Positions 24,506 through 37,289 of a DNA stretch of 64,000 nucleotides are shown piece by piece. A program made the translations under genes and the position numbers. The first letter of the stretch is position 1; each line of letters opens with the position of its first letter. A model generated the notes under the pieces. The model ran no database searches and was not told the DNA's origin. It saw only the letters and a list, made by a program, of their open reading frames with translations. The stretch is from Azolla caroliniana (lineage: Eukaryota > Plantae > Polypodiophyta): the NCBI GenBank assembly GCA_043228905.1, contig JBHGNT010000006.1, positions 558,001 to 622,000 on the forward strand. Reading direction: 5' to 3'.

Positions 24506-27500
24506 TTAATTGCATTTGAATCCATGACAGATAGAGAGCCAGATGATGAGACCGAGAATGATCAAAATGGCAACCACAACTAATTTTACTTTCATATTTT
24601 GGAGCCACATCTTTTTCCTGAGCTGCTTACCTTGCTTCTGAAAATTGTCAGCCTAGAAAAAAAAATCACAACAGAATTTAAATCATGTATTTCAATGGTT
24701 CTTTAATATGTTGGAGCTGTTTAAAGAGATTTACTTGGAAACGAAGATTTTCAGTCTTGTCAACCAATAGCTCTATTTTCTCTCCTCTATCAAGAACCTG
24801 CATCAATTAAAGAGCATGCATAAGTGGAAGAGAAGATGAATATCTCGTCATTGAATGAACATTTTAAATAAGAATCAGTTTACAACACCTCTTATTACCA
24901 AAAGGATCAAATATTACACTAATCCACTCTTTAGGACAAAGGGGCAAATGCAATGCGTACCAAATGTTCCAGGAAAAATGGATATCCCAAATAGATGCCC
25001 AAAAAATGGCATTCATGCACATTTAAAATTTGAGAATTGTGGATCAAGCCAACCAGAATGCATGTGAATGCACCATGGTAATAGTTTTAATAAGGTACAC
25101 GATAGTATGTAATATTATGTCGGCAGACGCCAACCTTCAGGTGGAATCTTCTTGCTCCTCATTTAAGTCTGTCTGTTTCACTGCTTCTTGGGCACTACTA
25201 GTTGGTGGCCACTACAGTTCCCCTGCTTTTGGGCATGAAGATATCTATGCTCTTTTGATTGAACAGTCCAATTACAAGCATATTCCCCATTAAGAAATAA
25301 TTAAATATCCACAGGCAGGTCACAATTTTTAATTTGCAGGGGGAATTAGAGGAGTGTATTTGACTAGCATTTGTCATGCTTAACTAGGCTTACACACATT
25401 TGGTTACGCTGTCCCCTTAAGCTCACCCCAGCCCATTTTGAAGGACACTTCCTCTACGTTTAACACCAAAAATCTTTGCAGCACCATTTATCAATGGAAC
25501 CTCCCCGTATTGCTATAGAGAAGCTCATGTCACAATCTATGCAAAAGTATGTAATACAATATATGTATCAACCAGCTTTCAAGTGGTATCTTTTGGCCTC
25601 TGATCAGTAAGAGGGTTCAAGTTTTCAGACATGTTTGAAATAGGTATACTGGAAGTTTCTTGCAGTGAGTACATTTTTTCGCATTTGAAGTACCAATAAG
25701 TCCCCCAAGATCCACCAAAAAAATTCTGAATCCATGGTTAATGGGTCAGATTATAAAGCCGTAGTAGAAGATGATCATAAAAAATATCATTTCCACAACT
25801 GTTGTGAAGGAGCTAACCATGTCATTTTTCTGTCTTGTTGAAAGAGTTTACTTGATAAAATACAGATCTGAGTGTTTCACAATAACTGAGAGCCTGAGTG
25901 TGCACATAAAAATACTAAAAAATTTGCATGATGTGGCATGAACTTGTGGAGCAAGTGCATTATCTATGCCTCCTATCCTGTAGTCATATTGTCGGAGGTA
26001 GGAAATTTGTTAAATCTGTAGGAATTTGCTTGATGTATAGACGTTTATTGCTTCCTATCAGAATCATGTCTTTAATAGCCATCGTTTTTCTAATCATAAT
26101 TTCCATGAAGAAATCAATGGTTGCCATTGTGTGGGTTGGATATTAGGTTGCAGGGCAACGCAATAATATCCTGGTGCCATTTTGAATCTGTCCTCATCAG
26201 CCAGATGAAATTATATATTTCTATGGTTTCCCATCTTTCCAAAATTAGCTTCTAAAAGAAAATTAGGGCAATACTGTTTGGACTATGGTAGATTCTGTTG
26301 AGTCATATGCTCAACTTCATCCCATGAGCATACATGGAAGGTGATTCTGAAATTACATTCTTAAAAGAAAATCAAGGAAAGACTATTTAGATGATATTAG
26401 ACTTAATATTGTGTTTAATCATATGCCCAACTTCATTTGAATATGCATGGATGGTGATGGTGATATAACCATAAGTTAACAAATATGTTATCACAACTTT
26501 TAAGGATTTATATGTGCGGTTTTTCATCATGAAAATGCTGAGATTGTGAGGATCTAATGCATGTATTTTAAATGGATTTCCTTCTGTTTTATCAGTTCAA
26601 ATTTGTCCAATCATGATAAGATTTCAGAGAGCTTTAGTCAAAAAGCAAATACCTCAAAATTAGGACGTAGATAAGTGGAGGCAAGGTACAGAGAGAAGAC
26701 AAGTGGAACTCTAAGTGAATGTTACAAAATAATGGGACCGTGATCGTGAATGGAACTCTAAGTCATTTCTGATAGAGCAATGGCGACCCCTCAATGCAGG
26801 GGAATCATCACCTTGCGACACGTCCAGCAAGACACTGCTCTGCACAAAGATAACTTGGGATAGCAAAAGCACATCTCAGCTCTCCCTAAATTTCAGGTGC
26901 CTGTGGTTGCAGTTCCAAAGTAATGGAGCTGTGAATTTCAAAATATTAGAACACAGAGTAGGTTTGAGTGTGATCCAAAAGAAGCTTAAAAGTCATTTCT
27001 GATAGACCAATGGCAATCTCTCAATGCCGGGCATCCTCACCCAGTGACATCCATCATGATGCTTCTCTGCAAAAAGACATCTTGCGATACGTTTAGGTGC
27101 CTATGGTTGAGGTTCCATGGTAACACATTGGCATCAAGTGATGATTCTTTCTTCTTTTAAAGCATTATTTTTGGCGCTTAACATGACTACCTGCATTCTC
27201 TGCAGGTCACATTCCCTAGATTTCCCTGCACCGGCATCCAAGAGGCCTGCGCTATCAATCTCCTCAACAGATGTTTACTATACATTGCAACCATTCTTAA
27301 GACTCCTCTATCCATTTCAGTCTCCTCTATTGATACATCTCTGTACTGTATATCTCATCCCCATTGCGTCAAGCAATGGAGAGGATATATGCATTCCCGT
27401 AGATATTTAAGAAGATCAGTTTGATATTGATGGTAAAAGCAACATGTATGGTACGATGAAGAGAGATCTATGGGCCTAATTGACTAGAATTTAATATTAA

Positions 27501-30500
27501 AGGCTTCTCAACAAATATTAGAAATACAGAATCCATTGAATTTCAGTGGTCTTATTTTCAGGCTTTAATTGGGGATTGGAGTTTATCTGTCAAATTTCAA
27601 TCATCAGAAATGTTTAATAGTCAAATTAATACTAAATTACTTTGGTTCTAAATAGAACTAAGAAATCTGCCTTTAATATCCAAAGTTTTATATCAAGAAA
27701 TCAATGTAATCTGTTTATGATATGTTTTATCTTGTCAAATATTTTGAATGTTGTATATTTCAAAACTTAACCAAAGATTTTCTTAGCATTCAATACCAAG
27801 CCAAATTTATGTTTAATAACAATTTCCCCATAGTGACAACTCTCTTCTATCTGTAAGAATTTTAAGTTCTAACAGGATTATATCTGTTCATTTTTTATTT
27901 TTCATTCACTTCAGGAGTCTTGATGGTTATCTCATGATCTCAGAATTAATCACGCACATACATGGACATCCTTAAGTATATATACTTACATACACATATA
28001 CATGTAAGAAGAAACAATAAAAAATTTGAACTCACTTTCTCAATATTCTCCATCATAATGCCTTTAACTTCGGAGACTTGAGCCTTTACTTTGGCCATTT
28101 TATCCATCTCCTCTGGGTGATCAATACAGTACTGCATATGGTCCTTCAATTTAGGCCTGGCAAAGTGTACAGAGGAACTATTGAGAAAGAGATTCTAATG
28201 GAGAAACAACTGGTAAAATGCAAATTAAAAGATTTCCATACCCAAACTCCCTGTCAAGGCTATGTGCAACTGCAGTGTCTGCTTTTCCACCCCCAAATCT
28301 TCGTTTAAAATCATCCTTGACACGTTCTAAGAAGGCAAAGGGTATCTGTCTGCCTACTGCTTCATCAGCAACCACTAGGTAGGCTGCAAGTAGAAACATC
28401 CCAATTATTTACTTGAAAATAAAATCTGCATCAGCTAAAAAGTCTCTCCAATATACAAACACAGCAGTACACTACTAGTGTGGAAACTCCTGCAGCTGCT
28501 AAATAATGTGCTTCCACTACAATTTACAGGTAAGAGTGTTTATTATATATAATATAGGTGTGCAAATATACACATATTAGGATACATAATTTAGAATAAA
28601 TTGGAGGTCTCAGAAGCATCCATGACATAGAAAAGAAATACTCAAAATGTCAACCAAACCTGCACTTTTCAAGTCAACGAGGAACTCAGATTATTGCATC
28701 TAGCTATCAATTATTTTTCATCCTGGACATCGAATCTTTTGCCATATCAGTTCATGCAATATGACTTCAGAAATCTGATTCACACTCCTTGGCATTGTTT
28801 ACCATCTCATACAAATGCAGACTGCAGAAACAAAAAGTAGCCTCACGGATCTAGTTTTCTATGGAGCATGATCTGTTAGAGTTTCCTCCTCTATTCACAG
28901 AATTGCACCTACATTTTGAATTACTGAAAACTAGAAAGTTGAGATCGTATAAGAATGGGAAAATGAACAAAGAATCACAAATGTGAATAATATAAATCTA
29001 TTTAGTCAAGTGGAAATGAGGTACTTGAAAATCTAGTTGTGCAGACAGAAAACTAAAAATGAAGTACTTGTAGGTCTACTGTGTGACCAGAAAGCTAGAT
29101 GTAAGGAGTTCCTATACACTAATACGTTCCAACAATGAGAGGTTTGGTTCATTAACAAATTTCTCCCAACATATTGTAGCATCAAGAGCGTTGACCTCAT
29201 TGTAAATATATTTTGCATAGAGGGATATTATTATTAAGTGTGGGCAACTCATCTGGAACACAAACCCTAAAACTTGAAAAATGATTATGCAGTTTACTAA
29301 TAACATATAGACCACATCCTATGGCATTCCTACTCATGTCATAATCCATTAGGGGAATCTTTTATATCATAATCCATATACATTATGAAGTTTTATCCCC
29401 TTAGCATAGCTACATATTAAAATATGTACAGACAGATAAAATCAAATTGAAAATGGCCAATCTAGATCATTTTTCTATAGATGGCAGGGTGCCAAAAATT
29501 TATAAATTCCATCATCCGAACTTGGCAAAGCTATTATTACAATTTTCAGTCAATAACTGGACTCTGCTTGGTAAAAACAATAGAGCTATTACAGGAAATA
29601 TCATGATTCATAAGCAGCTCTATCATTACATTTTCTCGTAAACATTACAGCCAGCACAGAGAAGATACATTTTCTGGGAAAAATGTAAGTTCCACCATAG
29701 ATAAGATCAATTATACACTATGTGAATGTCTTCTGTTTCCATTCCAATATATTTAGTCCTTAGAAGTCCCTACATTTTACATGATTCTATATTAATATAG
29801 ATGAGAAGTCTCAAATGTGAGACAACTGGAGTGCCCAATCTCCAATCTTGATGGTTTCCAATTTGAGTTTGTATACATTGCAGTAGATAGGTGGAAAACA
29901 ATTATTAACTAATCTCATTTCATTTCTATATATTTAGTTGCAATATCGAGATTTTGCATGGTCCTCCGCAATACCTGGAGTGAATCTACGCTTGAGATAA
30001 TCAGAAGGTCTAATCCAGATAGATTCAAATATGCATTTCTCTATTATTCGAGAATGACAAATATTAATTCTAAGCTTTATCTCCACATGGTGAATACCAA
30101 ACTCCTTTACGAAAGAAACCTAAAGAAAGCCATAGACCCTTATTATAGCAAGTTCCCTCTTATATTTCTGATATTTAATTAGAATTTTGATTAATTTGGT
30201 AGCTTTACATTATTCTGTACAACAATGATACCAACACAACCAAGCAGAAAACGGTATTTCAGTTTACAAACTACCTGAGAACATTTTTCATCCCAATTAC
30301 CATATACCTTAGCCATCAAAGTCTCTACACATTGACTCTATATTGATAAAGACAAAAAAAAAATTAAAAATGAGCCAGCCAGAATGCCCAGTCTAGATTT
30401 TCAATATTAACGATGATAAAAGATGAATATATTCATAGTCTACGCAAAAAACAACATTACAGAATTATGGCGTAGCAGTTTCCAACTTGGCTTTATCTAC

Positions 30501-31299
30501 ATCAAAATAGGCATGATTCATCGAAGTCTTCATCTTTACAAACTAGAGCTACAATTCTTGGTAAATATTGATCTTTTTTAAGAGAAGAAACATTATGTGA
30601 ATCACAGATAAGGAACAGAAGAAAGAGATGGAGGTACTTAAAGCCACCTTCAACAAGATAGTAGAACAGAATTAAGGGAGATTTCAATGATACACAACCT
30701 GAATGTCTTTAATCTCAACCATATATTTAGCCATTAAATGCCTTCGTTTTCGACAATTACATGCAAATTCGTATAACAATTTTCATCTAGAGACAGCCAA
30801 AATTGTCCAAACTGCATGTTCTTCTATATATTCAAGAGATAAAAATTCTAAACAGACTATTGTCATACAAACCGAGATAGTTTCTGTATTCACGATTATA
30901 AAAACAAATCAATATCCCTCTCATCAAAAAAATTATATTCACAAAAAAGCCATTGCAGATTCTGTTCGTAACGAACTCTTTTTTTGACAAAGAAAAGTTA
31001 TGCCGACATCACAGACAAATGTCCAGATCGGACTACAATAAAGACAATGAGAGCGATATTGATAGAAAGAGAGATCAGAATAAAGAAAAGAACTAGATAG
31101 AGCACTTACTGAAACCATCTTCAACCAGATAATTAAAAGTGTGCTGATCGCAGGTGTACGTGAACTTGTTGTTGTTGGGGGGGAGCTTCTGGAGGCACTG
31201 TGCAGCGATGGTGCTGAAGTTCCCTGTGAAATGAGAGAACTCGGCGAGCACGACACTGCCACGGGCCACGAAACTGTAGATCAACGACTGCTGGCCCAT
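24506..31299 (-). CDS. VAMP72: Vesicle-associated membrane protein, VAMP72 group (longin R-SNARE), 220 aa
   Basis: Exons (minus) 31299-31110, 28383-28242, 28156-28036, 24797-24735 and 24652-24506, all GT-AG and in frame. Longin N-terminus [14 protein letters not shown]...CLQKLP; SNARE motif [33 protein letters not shown]; TM segment [26 protein letters not shown]. Confidence 0.96.
26760..27117 (+). repeat. Diverged direct duplication (130-155 bp units) in VAMP72 intron 3
   Basis: AAGTCATTTCTGATAGA.CAATGGC...CTCTGCA.AAAGA...AGGTGCCT.TGGTTG..GTTCCA at about 26760-26916 and 26990-27117. Confidence 0.8.
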
Positions 31300-31412
31300 T
31301 GTTATGTATACTTTCTTCCGTCTTCCTGGAAGCTCCTCTGTCGCAAGATCTGCTTCTTCCGCTTATTCGATCGCACGAGATCTGAGACTTTTTCGGTCAC
31401 AAGACCTGATGC

Positions 31413-31422
31413 TTCTTCTTCT

Positions 31423-31452
<30 letters not shown>
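31413..31452. repeat. (TTC)n(TCG)n trinucleotide tract upstream of the VAMP72 ATG (probably 5' UTR)
   Basis: Directly visible, about 115-150 nt upstream of the ATG. Confidence 0.9.
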
Positions 31453-31453
<1 letters not shown>

Positions 31454-32227
31454 GTATTTATTTCTGTTTCCTCTGATTAACCCTAAACCAGAGTGCCGGT
31501 CCTCCTCGCGTGTTCCCCTCCTCCGTTTTCGTAATTCGAACACAGAGAAGTTAAAGAAAAGGCAACAAGTCCTCCTTAATAATAATAATAATAAATTATA
31601 ATGATGTTGATCATACCTCCCTTTCCTTTCCTTTCCTTCATTGATTGTATGCACACACGGAGCGATTATGTTGGCTTCACTTTTGCCCGTCCACCCCTAT
31701 TCTTTCATTCTTTTCTTTCATTTTTACGTGCATCTTCAATCGATGAACAAGTAAGGAAGGAAGCGGCCACACACATCTCCTCGACGACACTCACTCACCT
31801 CACCGCCTTCTCCTCCTATTTCTCTGATTTCCTCTTCTAGGCAAGTTCCTCATGAATATCACGGAGTAAAAGAGCGCCCTCAACATCTCGGGCTTCGGCA
31901 TTGATATCCTATGGTTACTTAGTATTGCCTTCATCTTCTTGCAAAAACAAATTGCATGGGAGAGTTCATATCCTTCTTCTCATCCTATTCGAGGAATTAG
32001 GGTCAACCCCAACAACACTTTTTGTTGTGAACACACTCATCTAAGAAGGTGTGTGAAGGTCAAGCCTTGTCATGGGTGTAATGGAATATGTACATCCTTT
32101 GTATGGAATGGAGTGTTTACAAGCCTCATATCCCACTCATGCTACCATCGTCGTGATCACTGATAATTTGGTTTATATAACTCCATGAGAATGCATTATA
32201 TAAACCAATCCTCCCTTCCCCATAACA

Positions 32228-32400
32228 GTCAACAACGGTTCGGTTTGAACCACAAACCGAACCGCGAAATTGCGGCCTAACAATTTAAATAGTTCAGTTC
32301 GGTTTAAGTTCAAGTTTTTTTTAACGGTTCGGTTCAGTTTCAACAGTTAGAAACTTCGGTTTAAACTATTTAATGGTTTTAAATTTTTATTTTTAAATTT
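32228..32400. mobile_element. hAT-like element end with CGGTT/AACCG subterminal repeats
   Basis: CAACGGTTCGGTTTGAACCACAAACCGAACCG...TTCGGTTT...ACGGTTCGGTTCAG. A possible opposite end, GAACCGTTGCCCC, lies at about 34894-34906. Confidence 0.5.
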
Positions 32401-32597
32401 TTTAAAAAATATGCTCCATTGGTATTAAAATTAACAATGCCAAAGGCAATATACAAATAGTACATAATAGTTTCCACTCCACAAGTACATATACATCATC
32501 AAAGAAAGGACCAACTATAAGTGATGGCATTTGGCAAGATAAGGTTAATTATAATCCATGAAAACAACTCTCAGCCTTTGCCAATAACACCTTTGAT

Positions 32598-32840
32598 ACG
32601 ACAAGCTAGGATACCACCCAAAAAAGGGGGATAGAATCGGGGACCCTACTATCAATCTCCAACATGTGAAAACAATTAATGATACATCGAAATATCCATG
32701 TTCTATAAGCCTTATCAACATCACATTCCATGAGACCACATTCCTAGTCTCTAAAAAACTTCATGTTGCTAGGACCACATTCCTCAAGAGTTTTGAATCT
32801 TGCTACTCAAAGTCAATAAGCTTGTGCCTCTCTACCTTTG
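32598..32840 (-). pseudogene. Fragment of a PLS-class pentatricopeptide-repeat (PPR) gene
   Basis: Minus-strand translation gives, in order, LLRNVVLAT*, TRNVVSWNVMLIRLIEHGYFDVSLIVF and (after frameshifts) PDSIPF/LGGILAC. These match the PLS motif consensus NVVSWNxMI..HG and PDxxTFxxxLxAC. Interrupted by stops, frameshifts and an apparent deletion. Confidence 0.6.
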
Positions 32841-33707
32841 CTGAAACCTCTTATTATTTTTTCCCTCCTCAAAAACAGAGAATGCATGCCTAGTAGGAAA
32901 TTACCTTCCACCAAATCCTACCCTGGGGAAGAGCCATATTCATCTAGGGAGAATGGTTGCATGATTGACGTTGTTTCTATTTGAATTATGATGACAAGCA
33001 ACTAGGACAAAGTAGGGATTTGAAAGAATTCCAAAGAGAATGGGAAAGATGGTAATTGATCACCTTTACACACGTTGCCTCATAGACTTGATAGTGTATG
33101 TATTATTTAAATTTCCACTTATTTTCTTAGTTGTCATTAACAAAGGGAATTTTGAATTCTCAAAATTATAAAATTGTTGACTTATCACAATCTCATTCCA
33201 TTTCAAAATCTTAACATTTCTAAGATTCTATTCAAATTCTAGAAAATGTTGATGTGATAAGATTTAATTGGCAATCGAAATTTTGAAACAAAATGTTTAT
33301 TTGTACTAAAATTCGGTAATTGTTGATGGAAAAGGTTTTGAAACACAAACCCAAATGTATGCGCATTAGGGAATTCCAAGAGGGAAGCCCATTTCTGATT
33401 GTGATAGGCAATTAGATATGTTTCAATTGTCAATTTTTTATTGAAATGTCTAAACTTAAAATTGATAGGCTCTTAACACAAACATTTTAGGCATTAAAGT
33501 TGGAAATGCCACTTCACAACTATTTCAATTCACAATGGTTGCCAAAGTTGGGCCTTATGTACCCTAAAATGTGAGTCAATTGACTATATAACCTCTTATG
33601 CTTGCGAGAAATTGATTATTCCATGATAGTCGTTGCCAAAGTTGGAACCCTATGTAAGCTAAATTTTTGTCTCAAGATGCAGTCACTTATGTAGTTAACA
33701 ACCATTT

Positions 33708-34161
33708 TGTTATAAGTTTAGAGTTAGGGTTAATGATTTGATGATGAATGGTAATGGTTAGCGATGATGGATTGACGAGGAATGTAGATGGTGATGGAGA
33801 TGATGAGTATTGCGGGGTAATAGCATGATTGCAATGCGCATTGAGAAGCACTGCGAGGTGTGTTAGGATGATGTTGAGAATCATTGCGGGGTGGGGGGTG
33901 GTGCCTAGAATGGCTCCACCCCCCCCCCCTCTCAAGGGGGTTCAACGTGAGAGAGAGAGATTAGAGAGATAAATCTTTTCCTTATTCATTCATTCATGCC
34001 CCATAAGGGGGTTAAATAGTACAAGAGAGGGTAGACACATAGGGGTGCAAGCCCCCTTGGCCATCCACACTAATCACTCACTCACACCTCTTCTTATCTG
34101 TCCACTCACACTGACACTTACATTTACACTCATAATCATATACATTACACATACATACAAC
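33708..34161 (-). mobile_element. LTR-like remnant(s)
   Basis: The minus strand begins TGTTG at 34161 and contains TATTTAACCCC, a TC-rich stretch and a PPT-like TTGAGAGGGGGGGGGGG followed by TG. Boundaries are uncertain. Confidence 0.3.
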
Positions 34162-36029
34162 AAGCAATGCCTTGTTTGCATCCTTTTTCTTTCATGCAAT
34201 TTCGGCAAAAAAACTATTTCCTCATGTTGCCATCATATGGCAACATGATAGAGGCTAGTATTCACTACCTTGCCACAAATAATTAAGCTCGATTAGTCAT
34301 TCTAATTCTATAAGACAACCCAATCTCATGTTTCCATTCAAAAAGATGTATTATTTAACGCACATACAAAAATATCTAAACACCATGGAAATATAAGTTT
34401 TCATGTATACAGTAATACACAATGTCTTACAACCATAGAGCAAAAAAAGGCGTTTAATGTTCAAAGCTCATCGAAAAAATGTTCCCATAATTTTTATTGC
34501 ACACAGTCTAATCATGTTGCCTTAATCTTGTACAATTACAATTTAATGTAAGAGCCAACTTCCATCGTGGTTCTCTTTCTATCAAACGACTTTAAATATG
34601 CTCTTGTGAAAAGCCTTGATATTGTCTAGAACAATGTACTTGTATAGTGGATGTTGAAGACATCTATAACTTTGCAAGAATATTACATTTTGTATATTTT
34701 ATGTGGACCTTGACAATGATAATAGAAACATCTAAAAGTTTAATAGCATAGAGAGGAAATTATATATAAAGTTTTTAATTGGTATGTCAAATTTGTATTA
34801 AAAGGAAGGTGACAATAAAAAATGATGAGAATAGGATTGTTAGTGGGTAATAAGGCAAAATTAGCACTCAGAAATGAGCATGTAAAAAAGTTTGAACCGT
34901 TGCCCCTTGCTAATGGTTCACTTGAACAATTTTTTGCGAATCCTAAACTAATCTCCTATGATTAGATGCATAGGTTATCAAATATATATCAAACTTTGGG
35001 TTTTTCTTTACAAAGAGAGAAGGTTCATGATAAGTGACCATTGATAAGGAATATTGTACACGTGGAGGGAGTGGGGTTAGATGCACAAACTACCATATAG
35101 GAACAAACTCTTTCCATGTATGTATATTTACAATTAATCAATGCAAGAAACTTATAAGGAATTCTTTCTATATCAAGTTTACAATTATAGGTTTACCTTT
35201 CAAATAAAATTAAAAATGTTTTAGTTTTTAAATTTTGGTAAAACGATACTTAAGTTTGTAGTTAAAAGTATACAAATAATCGAAATTTTACATGTGATCT
35301 ATCTTCCATCAAATGAAAGGAGCAACATCATGGTGTGACTATTAATGTTCAAACTTCATACACCTCATGCACAACACTAATGGAGGTCTTTTAAAATGGG
35401 GAAAATATCAATCAAATAATGTACTATTCTTGTGACATAATGGATGCAATTGCTTGAAGAACATCTTTTTAGGTATTCATTGTTGTAATAACAAATTGCA
35501 TGATACTATGGCAAGTAAATTTATTTTCCCTAATCATATTCTTTCACCTTTAAAGATGTTAGCACACAACTTTCTTGTTTTGTGTTTCAATTTAGATATC
35601 ATAAAATTTAGGTAACCTCATCATGGCATTTGGTTTAAGATGTATGGTTTGTTCTAACTTCTTATGTAAGTTGAACAAGATTTCATGAAACAATACATAT
35701 AGCATGAGATAACAAATAACATATAGAGAAGGCATTGTAGTTCTAGGTTCATGTTATAGTGTTCACTTAAACATGGCACTTTCTAGTTGTAAGACACATA
35801 ATCATTTTTCAAAATTCTGATGGCAAAAAGAAAACCAATCTTCTTGGCATACCATTTGGGTGGATTAACATACAAAAAACATGTTTAGGAATGATAATTC
35901 AACCCATTGATCAAAGAAACCTTGTGCAATACGTGAAGAATAAGCCATGTCCACCATAGGTTACATTTTTTATTACTTTTGGCACAAGAAGAGATTAAAG
36001 ATGTTATTTGCAAAGTTCCATGTGTGAAG

Positions 36030-36263
36030 GGAAATGAAGTTGTTGCCACTCTAAAGAGCCAATACAATGGCATCACGGGCGGATCCAATGGACTCGAAAG
36101 ACAACAATTGCCCTTTATCCGACAATGGTCGTCCTCTCCCTTTGTTGAGTCAGTGAGCCTCCACATAATATGGAACTATCAAGTCCCTTACTCTTATTTG
36201 TATATAACATTCTCATTTGTAAAATTTTATAACTAATGGAAGGAGTGTTTTTTTGGAAAAAAA
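36030..36263 (+). mobile_element. 5'-truncated L1 3' end
   Basis: Homologous to 38868-39098 (NEVV.TLKSQY..., QWSSSPF, ATAACTAATGGAAGGAG...GGAAAAAAAG). Confidence 0.7.
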
Positions 36264-36680
36264 GAAGGGGAGAAAATTGTTGAGAATCAAGCTCAACATA
36301 GCACAACGTGTGAACACACCTTTTGAGAATCTATGATTACTCAAAGGTCAAGAGTCATACCACTACTCTCTACACATTAACTATGTATTCTATGACACAT
36401 AACTAATGAGTTACATATTCTCCATGACTATGAGTCTTCACATTCCCCAAGAGAGAGAGTGGTTGTTGTAAAGTTAATGAAGAGAGAGGGTGACTCTATA
36501 TAAAGCACCCTCCTCATACTTCATACTAAGTTGATTGTGACTCCTTATTATGCTACATTTTGTAATTTTTATTCTACTTGTGAAATATACACCTTCGTGA
36601 GTATTTTATTTCTCTTTTCTACCTATCTTGTGTTCTTTCATCTCTCCTCTAATTCCTCTCACACATACACATAACACACA
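36263..36680 (+). mobile_element. Copia-like PPT plus 3' LTR remnant
   Basis: AAGGGGAGAAAAT|TGTTGAG at 36278, a TATATAAAG box near 36497, a CT-rich distal part and an ending in ...AACACACA. No TSD found. Confidence 0.4.
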
Positions 36681-37289
36681 TCTCTTCCGCTACACAAGAA
36701 TCATACACGATTCTTTACAAAAACATAATGGCAATTTGGAGAATATGTACATTATTTGTGTGTATTACAGTCTTGGGGTCTATAGACAAAATCTCAAATA
36801 TAGAACACTAAGCACTTAATGCTTATGCCCTAATCATTGAAAACAATCCATAACAAACACAATCATTGAGTCAGTTCTCCTTACCTATCATGGGATGATA
36901 TGTTCCATGGTGATGGTACAAGTATTTTTGCTCGAGAAAAATAAATGCATGCTAGCCATAATGAATGCTTTTTTTTTTCCAAAAAAATAATGAATGGTTA
37001 TATGTATGACAAATATAAATTATTGATGAGGATTTGACCGGCCACAACCGGTTATCATGTGCATCTTCTATTACTAATATGTCCCTTTCTGGATGCCTCT
37101 CTAGATCCAATCCGAATGTCGGTTCCAAATCCGGTCACTCTCTTCTTCCTCGGATCCAACTGATACGACTCGCTCTCCTCCATCCAAAACTGGTTCCTCA
37201 GATTCCAATCCGGCTCGTGCTCTCCTTCCCACATGGAAGGACCTGTTTCCTAACAATTACTTTACTTTTCCTACTTTTAAAATGAAAAA

